Assembly (NCBI GenBank): GCA_043780835.1 | Contig: JAYWCB010000012.1 | Span: forward strand, 21,998-85,997 | DNA from: Minisyncoccota bacterium | Lineage (GTDB): Bacteria; Patescibacteriota; Minisyncoccia; Phycocordibacterales; UBA2100 | Length of the DNA: 64,000 nucleotides | Direction: 5' to 3' | Shown: positions 18,532 to 28,378 of the stretch, piece after piece | How positions within the stretch are numbered: position 1 is the first letter of the stretch | Layout of the letters: every line of letters begins with the position of its first letter | Notes under the pieces: model-generated | Seen by the model: the letters and a program-made list of their open reading frames with translations, nothing else | The model's database searches: none | Told to the model about the DNA's origin: nothing | Program-made: the position numbers and the translations under genes

Positions 18532-21500
18532 CTACTCCCTTGTTACACCTTCGGGGAGTTTGCCCGGCCAACGAAAGACAAGCACAGGCACTAGAACAAG
18601 CGTCAGAATCATAGCAAACGTCAGTCCGAACAGGATTGATAGTGCAAGCGGACCAAATAATCCTGCAGCGAATGCAAGCGGAATCATACCGATAACGGTG
18701 GTGAGCGTCGTCAGTATGATCGGACGCAATCGTGTGGTTGCGGCTTCCGTGACGATATCAGCAAATGTTTTACCATGGCCATCAGCAAGTCGCTTGATGA
18801 TTGCATCCATGAGAATGATGGCGTGGTTAATGATCACGCCAGCGAGTGCGATGAGTCCCATCATTGATGGAAACGACAACGGTTGAAATGTGATCGTAAG
18901 ACCAAAGAAGACACCGATCAGAGAAAGCGGCACGATCGATATGAGATAGATCGTAAAGCGTATTGAATTAAACGAAAGGACTAAGATCCCGAAGGTCAGC
19001 ACCAATCCCGCAATAAGCGCATACCCCATTTCAGCAAAGGATTTGTTCGTCTCCTCGTTCTCACCGCCGACTTTTTCGCTGATGCCTGTAGGGAGTTTAT
19101 CCGTTGGGTATTTCTTGTGGAAAGCACTGAGCACCTCAGTAGAGGTATAGCCGGGCAATACATCACTCGCGAGCGTCATAATACGCTCTCTGCTCTCGTG
19201 CGAGATCGCTGCGCTACTTTGAGATACACCCTCGGTAATGACGGATCCGAGCAATACCAATGTGCCGTTCGGTGTAACCAGCGGAATTTGTCGGAGGCTA
19301 TCGATCGTGGTGTGATTTGCATCATGCGGATCGGTGTAGGTGGGATTCAATTTGAGCGATACGACGATCTCTACGTCCTTATCCCCGCCCGTGAGCTTTG
19401 TTGCAGTCGCGCCAGAAACAGACGTGCGCAAGGTTGAAGCAATGGTTGCGGGCGAAAGGCCGAGCGCCGCCAGTTTCCCGCGATCAATCGAAAGAGTGTA
19501 CTGAATTCCGTCGAATTTATTCGAAGAATCGACCGCTGTCGCTCCCGGGGTTTGTTCAAGTACTAAACGAGCGTCGGAAATTGTTTTATTGAGTGCGGCC
19601 TGATCCTTACCGAGATATTTTACGAGAACGGCTGCGCCCACCGGTGGTCCTCCCGACGGCTCTCCGGCGATCACGTCTGCATCGTGGATGTCAGCCAATT
19701 TTGCCTTCACGTGCGTTAAAAGCTGCGAAGACGTTTTCTTATGACCCTTTATAAGATTGATAGTGATATTCGCGAAACGCGGATCTGCTGAAAGCCCCAT
19801 GCCGGACGTATCCGAAAACTGACTTTGCGAACCAACGGTCGTTACCAGCGACTCGACTTGCTCCATGCCGTAAAGTTTCTCTTCAACCTCTCGTGCTGCA
19901 AGATCAGTGCGATTCAGATCAGTGCCGGATGGCTCTTCGATATTTACAAAGAGAATGTCTCCATCCGCACCAGGGAAAAAGCTTACCTTCATGAGTCCGA
20001 GGATCGGAAGCAAGATCGCAATCACAAAACCGATCACCATTGCCGACAAAAAATAATTCTGCAGCTTTCGATGATGCAAGAACGTACGCAGATGCTTGGC
20101 ATACCACTCTCTTGCACGTTCAGCGTATACGTCCTGCCGTTTTGCAAGCTCACTTTCGTGCCCTCCTTCAAACATGTTTGCGATCGTCGGCACGAGCCCG
20201 AGCGCAACGAATATCGATGCGAGGAGTACAAAGATGATCGTAAAAGGAATGGATGCAATGAATTTACCTACGATTCCCGAAATGAAAAACAGCGGAAAGA
20301 AAAAAGCAACCGTAGCCATCGTACCGCCGATCAGCGGCCATGCGTATTCGTGCAGCGATTCGATCGCAGCGCGCTGCTTGTCACCATGAAGACGCCTCCG
20401 CGTATGAATGGCTTCCACCATTACGATACCCGCATCGATGAGAATTCCGATCGCGAGGATAAGCGAAAACAACGACACGATGTTAAACGTATTACCGCTG
20501 TACAACAATCCAACGAACGCAATAAAAAACGAGAGTGGAATCGAGAGACCCGCCACAAGCGCCTCGCGCCAGCCGATGGTCGCAAATAGTACCAACATGA
20601 TGAGTGCCACGGTCTCAAGTCCCGTCCGAGTAAGTTCACGAATGTTCTTCGACACATCATCTGCCGCATCGAATGAAATAACGACATCGCTGCCGTCGAG
20701 CATTTGTCCCTGCTTCTGAAGCGCGATGAGGCGCTGCTTAACGGCTGCCGTCACAGCGGTAATATCGTCTCCCCTCACTTTGTGAATTGCAAGAGTCATC
20801 GCTTGTTGAGATGGCTTGTTCTGTATTGAGATACGTGAATACGAACTCGCTTTCGTGACACCGTCGGAAACGTCCGCGATATCACGCAGGTACACGACTT
20901 GACCTCCGACGTTGAGAATTGCTATGCCGCCGATATCGGCTACGTCGTCCAGACTGCCCTTAAAATCGATCGCATACGAAATGTCGGCGACAGTGATCGA
21001 GCCCACTGGAATTGACGCATTGGCGGCGGATATCGCCGAGACCACTTGCGGCAATGTAATCCCAAGCCGCGCAAGCTCCTCCTTTCGGACGACGACCTGG
21101 ATCTCCCGGTCGCGCACACCCAACACGTCGACTTTGTTAACTCCCTTCACCGTTTGCAGGTCGTTTTTGAGACCGTTGCCAAGTTTCGCAAACTCCGCCG
21201 GCGCCACATCCGAAGAAATAGAAATAAGCTGGATCGGTTGATCCGAAAAATTTACGTCGCTCACCACGGGCGCTTTCGCTTCGACGGGCAGGTCCGGCAC
21301 GGCCTTATCGACCTCATCTTTGAGTTTCTGAATTGATTGGTTGAGATCGGCGTTCGACTTGAATTTCACAACCACCATGGAGAGGCTCTCGTAAGAAGTC
21401 GATGTAAGCGTATCGAGATTGGGAAGGTTTGAGAGATGCTCCTCTATCTTATTGGTGACCAGTCGCTCAACATCTTCCGGCGAGGCACCAGGCAATACGA

Positions 21501-21648
21501 CCCTGACCACACCGACGGGGATGCTCACTTCCGGGGTCGATTCCTTTGTAATCTTTAACGCGGCAACAATTCCCCACAACGTAAACGCTGCAATCACTAA
21601 AATGGTGAACTGTCGCCGATCGATAAAAAACTTCCACAGTCCGACCAT
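18532..21648 (-). CDS. RND family efflux permease (AcrB/CzcA-like)
   Basis: PGASPEDVERLVT, GILIDAGIVMVE, GVIINHAIILMD, RLRPIILTTLTT; 1038 aa with 12-TM pattern. Confidence 0.95.
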   Translation of the reverse strand: MVGLWKFFIDRRQFTILVIAAFTLWGIVAALKITKESTPEVSIPVGVVRVVLPGASPEDVERLVTNKIEEHLSNLPNLDTLTSTSYESLSMVVVKFKSNADLNQSIQKLKDEVDKAVPDLPVEAKAPVVSDVNFSDQPIQLISISSDVAPAEFAKLGNGLKNDLQTVKGVNKVDVLGVRDREIQVVVRKEELARLGITLPQVVSAISAANASIPVGSITVADISYAIDFKGSLDDVADIGGIAILNVGGQVVYLRDIADVSDGVTKASSYSRISIQNKPSQQAMTLAIHKVRGDDITAVTAAVKQRLIALQKQGQMLDGSDVVISFDAADDVSKNIRELTRTGLETVALIMLVLFATIGWREALVAGLSIPLSFFIAFVGLLYSGNTFNIVSLFSLILAIGILIDAGIVMVEAIHTRRRLHGDKQRAAIESLHEYAWPLIGGTMATVAFFFPLFFISGIVGKFIASIPFTIIFVLLASIFVALGLVPTIANMFEGGHESELAKRQDVYAERAREWYAKHLRTFLHHRKLQNYFLSAMVIGFVIAILLPILGLMKVSFFPGADGDILFVNIEEPSGTDLNRTDLAAREVEEKLYGMEQVESLVTTVGSQSQFSDTSGMGLSADPRFANITINLIKGHKKTSSQLLTHVKAKLADIHDADVIAGEPSGGPPVGAAVLVKYLGKDQAALNKTISDARLVLEQTPGATAVDSSNKFDGIQYTLSIDRGKLAALGLSPATIASTLRTSVSGATATKLTGGDKDVEIVVSLKLNPTYTDPHDANHTTIDSLRQIPLVTPNGTLVLLGSVITEGVSQSSAAISHESRERIMTLASDVLPGYTSTEVLSAFHKKYPTDKLPTGISEKVGGENEETNKSFAEMGYALIAGLVLTFGILVLSFNSIRFTIYLISIVPLSLIGVFFGLTITFQPLSFPSMMGLIALAGVIINHAIILMDAIIKRLADGHGKTFADIVTEAATTRLRPIILTTLTTVIGMIPLAFAAGLFGPLALSILFGLTFAMILTLVLVPVLVFRWPGKLPEGVTRE

Positions 21649-21650
21649 AA

Positions 21651-23303
21651 TTATTTCGTAGTCACCGTTTGTCCGGCGCGAAGTCCGCGCGCATCGGTAA
21701 CGATGCGCATGTCGGCTGTGACGCCGCTCGCAATGACCACACGGTCACCGAGCAGTGCCCCGAGTGTCACCGCATGGGCAACGAGTACATGACTGTCGTT
21801 CAGCGTGAACACATCCGTTTCGTCCGAACCAATTTTAACGGCGGAGATTGGAACAGTGATTTTCGAAGGATGCGAGGAAATTTTTGCATTTGCGCGCGTT
21901 ATCCCAACAATGACTGATTGACCGTTCACAAGCGTACTACCGTCGGATACTCCGATGCGAACTTCAATCTTCTTTGTAACAGGATCGAGTGCGGGTGCAA
22001 CACGGGTGATGACACCGGAACCGCCGTTTTCGATGGATACCTTACTACCAACAGCAATGTCTCGCGCGTCGTTTTCGGTCACATAGGCGACAATCTCAAG
22101 CGCACCGTTATTAGCAACTGTCAGAACCGGCGTGCTCTGTTGCACATAATCACCACGCTTGATCGAAAATGAATTTATCGTTCCTGAAATCGGAGCGCGG
22201 ATGTAGGTCTTTTCCAAATTTGCTCGCGCAGCGGCAAGCGCTCCCTGTGCCTGCTTCACTACAGCCTGACCGCCGGCGACGTCTTCGGGCTGTGCACCGG
22301 TAACGCCCTGTTCAAGATTTTTTTGCGCAATCGTAATACCTTGTTTCTTTGCCGCAATATTTTCTTTTGCAGACGCAATCGCAGCCAGCGATCCGTTGAG
22401 CGATGCCCGTGCCGCGATGGCATTGGCCTGAAAGGCGGCAAGGCTTGCAGCGGACACTGATCCTGAGGGAACCGCCGCATTAAGCGCCCGGACAATCTGA
22501 TCAAAGAACGCGCGCGCGGCCCGAACTTCGATTTCGGTTTTATTGAGCTCGGAAAGCAGATCCGAGTTTACAGAAAGCACTTTTCCGGACGCCGCTTGTC
22601 TTTCGAGTATCGGGCCCATAGAAAGGCGTACATTGTTAATGGATATGGTGAGTTGTGAATCAGGGTTTGTAATATTGAACGAAGGATTTATGCTATCGGG
22701 ATTTGAAAACATGCTGTCACCCGTCCCGCGAACCGCTCCATCTACAGATGAGTATGCAGATAACAGCGTGTTCACTGCACCTGATTGCGATGATGCAAAA
22801 CCGGATTGAGATGTTTCAACTGATGCCTGAAGAATTGCCTTTTGTTCATTGCGTGTGCCTCCTGCAATTTTAGACAACCCGGCTTGTGCCGCATCAACGG
22901 TGCCCTGGGCAGAGAGCACTCCTGCGTTTTCTGAACTATTTTCGATTGCTGCAACGATGGTGCCTGCACTGACACGATCTCCAAGCGTCCGATTCACACT
23001 GATAATCTGACCTGATTTCTCGGCACGAACGGTTGCTTCAGATTTTGATTGCACGATACCGACGATAGACAATGTCGGTTGATTTGACGATAGTTCGGCA
23101 ACACTTTTCGTCACAACGAGCCTGGCTGCGTTTTCAGGAGCCTCGACGATGGTTTTCGAAGTCAAAAAGTGCGTAGCGCCGAAGATGATCGCAAGAAGCA
23201 CAATTGCGAATGCCGCATTTTTTTTCCAACCATATCGACGCACACGTGTAATAAAACTATCGAATGATCGCTGCACGCGAGAAATAATTGTCTGGTTGTC
23301 CAT
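21651..23303 (-). CDS. RND membrane fusion protein with a long helical hairpin
   Basis: N-terminal TM, lipoyl halves (AEKSGQI..GDRVSAG; IRAPISGTI..GDYV), long Ala-rich coiled coil, C-terminal VPISAV. Confidence 0.9.
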   Translation of the reverse strand: MDNQTIISRVQRSFDSFITRVRRYGWKKNAAFAIVLLAIIFGATHFLTSKTIVEAPENAARLVVTKSVAELSSNQPTLSIVGIVQSKSEATVRAEKSGQIISVNRTLGDRVSAGTIVAAIENSSENAGVLSAQGTVDAAQAGLSKIAGGTRNEQKAILQASVETSQSGFASSQSGAVNTLLSAYSSVDGAVRGTGDSMFSNPDSINPSFNITNPDSQLTISINNVRLSMGPILERQAASGKVLSVNSDLLSELNKTEIEVRAARAFFDQIVRALNAAVPSGSVSAASLAAFQANAIAARASLNGSLAAIASAKENIAAKKQGITIAQKNLEQGVTGAQPEDVAGGQAVVKQAQGALAAARANLEKTYIRAPISGTINSFSIKRGDYVQQSTPVLTVANNGALEIVAYVTENDARDIAVGSKVSIENGGSGVITRVAPALDPVTKKIEVRIGVSDGSTLVNGQSVIVGITRANAKISSHPSKITVPISAVKIGSDETDVFTLNDSHVLVAHAVTLGALLGDRVVIASGVTADMRIVTDARGLRAGQTVTTK

Positions 23304-23314
23304 AAAAAATGGTG

Positions 23315-23773
23315 TTACATCGATTTCGGACTGACCTGTCCACGAATAAATTTTTTAAGAATAGTGCACAACGATCCTACCTCGGTTACATCGAGTGTTG
23401 AAAACACATGCCTCATTATCCGCTCAGATTTTGTACGGTACAGTTTTAAAGTCTTTTTTCCAAGCGGTGTAACGGTGAGCCGCACGACACGGCGATCTTG
23501 ACCAATTTCCCGTGCGATCATGCCTCGAGTGACAAGATGCGTAATTAAGGATGTCGCGGACGGTGCCTTGATACGCAAGTAGGCCGCCACAGCGTGCATT
23601 GTCGGTGAATCCATCTGATCAATAAATTGCATCGTCTGCAGATGCATCCACACATTCGGATCCGCTTGCTGTGTACCGGGAAGCTTCTGCTTGATTATCT
23701 GACGCGTTTCGAAAAAGAGCTTTGAGAGCTCTCCATACACGCCAGCTTTCACTGTTTTTTGTGCCGTCTTCAT
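23315..23773 (-). CDS. MarR family transcriptional regulator
   Basis: TMHAVAAYLRIKAPSATSLITHLV.RGMI.R...DRRVVRLTVTPLG. Confidence 0.9.
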   Translation of the reverse strand: MKTAQKTVKAGVYGELSKLFFETRQIIKQKLPGTQQADPNVWMHLQTMQFIDQMDSPTMHAVAAYLRIKAPSATSLITHLVTRGMIAREIGQDRRVVRLTVTPLGKKTLKLYRTKSERIMRHVFSTLDVTEVGSLCTILKKFIRGQVSPKSM

Positions 23774-23794
23774 TACTTAGAAGTCCTAAGTAAT
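23772..23794. promoter_or_regulatory. Palindromic operator at the MarR start
   Basis: ATTACTTAG-aagtc-CTAAGTAAT, perfect 9-bp inverted repeat between a TACACT -10 box and the ATG. Confidence 0.75.
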
Positions 23795-23826
23795 CAGTGT
23801 ACTGTACCGCTCAAACATGCACAACC

Positions 23827-24432
23827 TTATTCACGCGTGGTTTCGTTGAGATGCACCGTTGAAAGCAGTGTCTGAAAATCGTCGCGGATACGATCAGTAG
23901 AAGTAATCGAAGTAACGCTGAACATGACTATTTCTTTGTCACGTGGCACAACGATGCTCTCGCCGCGATAGAGGCCATCCCATGCGTACGCATACGCGCT
24001 TATCCCGGAAACCGTCGTCGATGCGATCCGGCCATCCGCTGATCGGGAGAAGTTTGACGCCTGCATGTCTTTAATCCATTGGAGGACAGTGGCAGATGCG
24101 CTTTCAAACGCATACGTATCGACGCGAATGGTCGTCGGACTCTCGCCGTTTTCAGGTGTAGACGACGCTACCTCTGTCGCCGTAAGCACAATCGAGTGGT
24201 GAGTGCGTTGCGTGGCGCTTTCATCCCGCTCGACAAGTTCATAGCGTGCCGGATATATAAAGCTGAGACCTGAGGTCGCATTTTTATACATACGGGTCGC
24301 CGGTATAGTGTCGAGCTGGTTCTCGCCGATGGTGGGACGACTACCGGGCTTTGTCATCAAAAAAAATGCACACGCAACAACACCGATGACCGCCACCAGG
24401 GCGAGCGGACGAAGCATGTCTGATGTTGCCAT
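23827..24432 (-). CDS. Membrane-anchored PsbP/Mog1-like fold protein
   Basis: N-terminal TM, YKNATSGLSFIYP, TVSGISAY, DDFQTLLSTVHL end pattern. Confidence 0.65.
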   Translation of the reverse strand: MATSDMLRPLALVAVIGVVACAFFLMTKPGSRPTIGENQLDTIPATRMYKNATSGLSFIYPARYELVERDESATQRTHHSIVLTATEVASSTPENGESPTTIRVDTYAFESASATVLQWIKDMQASNFSRSADGRIASTTVSGISAYAYAWDGLYRGESIVVPRDKEIVMFSVTSITSTDRIRDDFQTLLSTVHLNETTRE

Positions 24433-24436
24433 ACCA

Positions 24437-25501
24437 CTATGACTCGCTTTCTAACAGCTTTTTAGCGCTTTCAGGCGCAATGAATGAATGGAGCGAGAGC
24501 AGCGAAAGAAGGAGTGCCAGAATCAACGGTCCCAAAAAGATTCCTACCGGACCAAAAAGTGCGAGACCGCCGAGCACTGAAAGAAGAACCAACAACGGAT
24601 GTAATTCCGTGCCGCTGCCCATCAGGCGCGGCCCAATGACGTTATCTATTACGCTCACGCCAAACGACCAGATACTTAACCCGATCGCCGGTGCGGTAGC
24701 ACCTGAAATAAAGAGATATGCAATCGCAGGCACCAATACCAACGCAGTGCCCACCGGGGGAATCAGTGAGACCACGGTCGCGACTAATCCCCAGACAACC
24801 GGGTTTGGAACGCCGAAAATCCCGAGACCGATACCCGCAAGAATTCCCTGCACCGCAGCAATTGCAAGCTTCCCTTTCACCACTGAATTTACGGCGATTT
24901 CCAATTTGCGTACGATTTGTTCGTCGTCGGAATCTTGTAGCGGTGAAAGTTCGACAAGGTATTTCTTAAGACGTGAACCGTCACGAAGTAAGTAATAGAG
25001 TGTCACGAAGAATAAAAACAGATCAAGAAAGAGTGCCGCTATGGACGAAAACGCAGCGCCGATATTTAGCACGAGCCATGACGCACCTTGACGAATATAT
25101 TCATCGAGGCTTTGTGAAATCTCACGCAAAGATTGTGAAGCATTCGGAATGTAATGATTGATCTGCGGCCCGTGAACGATAATCCATTGCGAAAAGACCC
25201 GTTGTGTATCGGTTTCGCTGAGGGAACCATAGAGCGTCTGTGCTTCTTTGAGTAATTGCAGTGACACAAATAAAACGGGAATCAAGACGATGAGAATACT
25301 AATCGCAACCGTTGACAGTGCGGCAAGAGATTCACTCCGCACACGCCGAAGCATGCGCAGGTACACCGGTTGCAATACAACTGCAAATACGGCGCCGAGT
25401 GCGAGCGGGGAGAAAAACGGCTTCACGACCAGAAACGCAATCCATGCAACACCGAGAAGTAAGGCGAGTAAAAAATAATGCTGTGTCGATCCCCCTTTCA
25501 T
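24437..25501 (-). CDS. AI-2E family transporter
   Basis: PFFSPLALG, YYLLRDG, SLIPPVGT, DNVIGPRLMG..LHPLLVLLSVLGG..FGPVGIFLGP. Confidence 0.93.
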   Translation of the reverse strand: MKGGSTQHYFLLALLLGVAWIAFLVVKPFFSPLALGAVFAVVLQPVYLRMLRRVRSESLAALSTVAISILIVLIPVLFVSLQLLKEAQTLYGSLSETDTQRVFSQWIIVHGPQINHYIPNASQSLREISQSLDEYIRQGASWLVLNIGAAFSSIAALFLDLFLFFVTLYYLLRDGSRLKKYLVELSPLQDSDDEQIVRKLEIAVNSVVKGKLAIAAVQGILAGIGLGIFGVPNPVVWGLVATVVSLIPPVGTALVLVPAIAYLFISGATAPAIGLSIWSFGVSVIDNVIGPRLMGSGTELHPLLVLLSVLGGLALFGPVGIFLGPLILALLLSLLSLHSFIAPESAKKLLESES

Positions 25502-25538
25502 ATATTCCAGTATAGCAATGCATCGTGTTCAAACCCAC

Positions 25539-28166
25539 TTAGGCAGTGTGCAGGGTGCGAAACAACCATTTTGCCGCCTCCACAATGACGACATTGAGGA
25601 TAAGCCACCCCGCGACAAAAACAATCCATAATAATGAAATGGGTTGAAGGTTGAGCAAATGCCGCAAACCGGAAACCATCATCGACGCGATGAGTAATAC
25701 AACCGCAATGCCAACCCCCCAATTCAACGCGCGATTATCGAAAAGCGGGTATGTGAATAGCGGCGCGTGGAGGCTCTTTATGGAGTAAGAAATCACAAGA
25801 ATGTATCCCGCGAAACAGAGAAAGAGTACGGTGCGCGTTGTTGCAAGATCGACTCCAAAATGCAAAAGGCCCGCGTAAAGCACAAAGAGCAGATACGACG
25901 TCACTATACCGACACCAAACGTGATGTACTGCACCTGCGCACTGAAAATTGCGCCGTGCATTGCCTCTCGTCCAACGTCGCGATTTTCTTCAAACGCGTA
26001 CGCAAGCGCAGGCAGTGAACCGGTAAAAAAGTTTACCCATATAATTTGAATCGCGGTAAGCGGTAGCGGCAATCCCATGACGAGCGATCCGCCGATGAGA
26101 ATCACCTCATCGAGACAATTCGACATCAGGTAGACAAATGTTTTTCGGATGTTTGAAATAATGCGGCGCCCTTCTTCAATGGCAAGTACAATCGTTTCAA
26201 AATTGTCGTCGAGCAGCACGAGGTCTGCTGCGCTTTTTGCGACATCTGTTCCCGATCCAAGTGCGATGCCTATATTGACCGCCTTGAGCGAGGGAGCATC
26301 GTTTACTCCGTCACCGGTCATCGCAACGACTTCTCCGCGCGCTTGAAACATTTTGCCTATTCTGAGCTTATCTTCTGGCGTGACGCGCGCGCATATTCGC
26401 ATCAGCGGCAGTCTGGCCTCAAGTTCTTCATCAGTCAGTTGGCGGATTTCATCGCCGGTCATCACATTACCCTCTTGAATCGTCCACCCGAGTTCTCGAC
26501 CGACGGAAATTGCCGTACCTTTTAAATCGCCGGTAAGCATGACAACGCGCGCACCCTTGCGTTCAATCCGCTCGACGGCATCTTTTGCCTCAGGTCGTAT
26601 CGGATCGTACAGCACAATGATTCCGGAAAAATGCATATTTTTTACCGTGCTCAAATCAATTTTCTTTTTTCCCGCATGTTCGATGCGCGCCACTCCTACG
26701 AGTCGCTTCCCCTCTTCGCTCAATCGCTGCATACGCGCTTCGATCGCTATATATTCGTCTTTGGTAAGCGTGGAGTGTTGTAGGAGAATATCCGGCGCGC
26801 CGAGCGCCACAATATGGCCCGTGTGCGTATCACGTGACGCAGAAAATTTTGCGGTGGAGTTGAACGGCATAACCGTGACGCGCCGATCCCGAATCAGTGC
26901 CAGCACATCCAGTCCTGCTGCGGCGGCGGCGGCGGCAATATTTGTTTCGATCGGTCTGCCGATGAAATGCCATGCGTCGCGATTATCGTTCGGATTTTCT
27001 AACACTGCTTCTGTCGCGAGGACCGCTTCTGACAACAGCTGCGTTTCATCGTGTCCGGATTGTGACGACGGCGCGGTGTCGTGAATCAAATGTGCTTTCG
27101 AGAGAATCCCAATGACCTGCATCTTGGCTTGTGTGAGTGTGCCCGTTTTGTCTGTCATGACGACAGTCGTCGAACCCAGTGTTTCTGCCGCTGAAAGCGA
27201 ACGCATGATGCCGCGCTTCTGTGCAATACGCTCCACACCGACCGCCAAAATGACGGTAAGCGCTATCGGCAACGCCTCGGGCACGGCACCGATTGCGGTC
27301 GCCACTGAGAGCAGCAGCATCTCCAATACGGGTTCGCCCCGGGAAATTCCGAGGAAAAAGAGTCCGGTAACAATTGCGAAGACTCCGCCAAAGATTATCC
27401 AGGCAAGATTGGAAAGAGATTTTTGCAATGGCGTCGAATCATCCTCCGAGGCATTGACTAATTGAGCGATACGACCAATCTCTGTTCGCTCTCCTGTTCC
27501 GACAACAACCGCCGTGCATGAACCCTCAACCACAAGCGAACCAGCAAACGCCATATTGGTGCGCTCTGTTACTTGCGCCCCTTCAGAAACGATATCGATG
27601 TGTTTTTGAACAGGTAGAGATTCACCGGTAAGAAAAGACTCGTCGAGAGACAGACTATTTTCAGAGATCAGACGCATATCAGCGGGCACTCGCACCCCGA
27701 GGGAGAGCCGCACCATATCTCCTGGAACTAAAAAAGATGATTCGATCTCATGCTCATGTCCGTCTCGTATCACGCGCGCACGTTCTTTCATGTAGACCTC
27801 AAGTCGCTCAAGCGTGTTTTCTGCACGATACTCCTGATAGAAACCCAATCCGGAATTCACGAAAACGGCGAGCAGTATGACGAACGTTTCCAGTAACTCA
27901 TTCAGTACTACGGTGATTACCGCAGCAGCAATCAAAATGAAGATTAATGGGCTCATGAATTGACGCACCAGAATCAAAAGCGCACTGATTTTACGACGCG
28001 TACGAATTTCATTTGATCCGAATGATTCCAGTCGAATGAGCGCCTCCTCCTCGCTGAGTCCGCCGCCGCCTGACTTCAATAGTGCGAGCACTTCGTTTTG
28101 GGAATGGGCCCAGGGAAACGTGTCCGGTACGTCTGTGTCCTCATGTACGGTACGATAAAAGGCCAT
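25539..28166 (-). CDS. P-type cation-transporting ATPase (P2-type)
   Basis: LTGES, VPEALP, DKTGTLT, KFS..GAPD, MLTGD, TGDGVNDAP; start moved to MAFYRT at 28166 (uncertain). Confidence 0.93.
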   Translation of the reverse strand: MAFYRTVHEDTDVPDTFPWAHSQNEVLALLKSGGGGLSEEEALIRLESFGSNEIRTRRKISALLILVRQFMSPLIFILIAAAVITVVLNELLETFVILLAVFVNSGLGFYQEYRAENTLERLEVYMKERARVIRDGHEHEIESSFLVPGDMVRLSLGVRVPADMRLISENSLSLDESFLTGESLPVQKHIDIVSEGAQVTERTNMAFAGSLVVEGSCTAVVVGTGERTEIGRIAQLVNASEDDSTPLQKSLSNLAWIIFGGVFAIVTGLFFLGISRGEPVLEMLLLSVATAIGAVPEALPIALTVILAVGVERIAQKRGIMRSLSAAETLGSTTVVMTDKTGTLTQAKMQVIGILSKAHLIHDTAPSSQSGHDETQLLSEAVLATEAVLENPNDNRDAWHFIGRPIETNIAAAAAAAGLDVLALIRDRRVTVMPFNSTAKFSASRDTHTGHIVALGAPDILLQHSTLTKDEYIAIEARMQRLSEEGKRLVGVARIEHAGKKKIDLSTVKNMHFSGIIVLYDPIRPEAKDAVERIERKGARVVMLTGDLKGTAISVGRELGWTIQEGNVMTGDEIRQLTDEELEARLPLMRICARVTPEDKLRIGKMFQARGEVVAMTGDGVNDAPSLKAVNIGIALGSGTDVAKSAADLVLLDDNFETIVLAIEEGRRIISNIRKTFVYLMSNCLDEVILIGGSLVMGLPLPLTAIQIIWVNFFTGSLPALAYAFEENRDVGREAMHGAIFSAQVQYITFGVGIVTSYLLFVLYAGLLHFGVDLATTRTVLFLCFAGYILVISYSIKSLHAPLFTYPLFDNRALNWGVGIAVVLLIASMMVSGLRHLLNLQPISLLWIVFVAGWLILNVVIVEAAKWLFRTLHTA

Positions 28167-28265
28167 GACGAATTTCACTGTCTTGCTAGAGAGTATATCG
28201 CGGCTTGTGAGCGGCGAGTTTGTACGACATGTACAAGTGCGACTGAGTGGTTTAAAACTACTCTG

Positions 28266-28298
28266 CTGCATCTTGACTGCATCTTGACTGCATCTTGA
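28266..28298. repeat. Perfect 3 x 11-bp tandem repeat (CTGCATCTTGA)
   Basis: ctgcatcttga ctgcatcttga ctgcatcttga in the divergent ATPase/sortase intergenic region. Confidence 0.9.
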
Positions 28299-28378
28299 CA
28301 AAATACTGAGTTGCATTGTGCACCAGGATTTTTTCATGAAAACTTGGTGTTGCGCATGAAGTCGACTACGATCTATTC

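Noticed and set aside
19825-20589. 254-aa plus-strand ORF and other long antisense ORFs (e.g. 173-796, 730-1290, 26539-27084, 38584-39147, 58978-59577)
   Set aside because: They overlap well-supported genes on the opposite strand and lack recognisable domains
28167-28337. N-terminal extensions in the ORF track (P-type ATPase, tyrS, ABC-F, PAP2, murB, pseudouridine synthase, YHYH, rhodanese)
   Set aside because: They run through promoters, repeats or neighbouring genes; downstream ATGs match family starts, often with a -10 box just upstream
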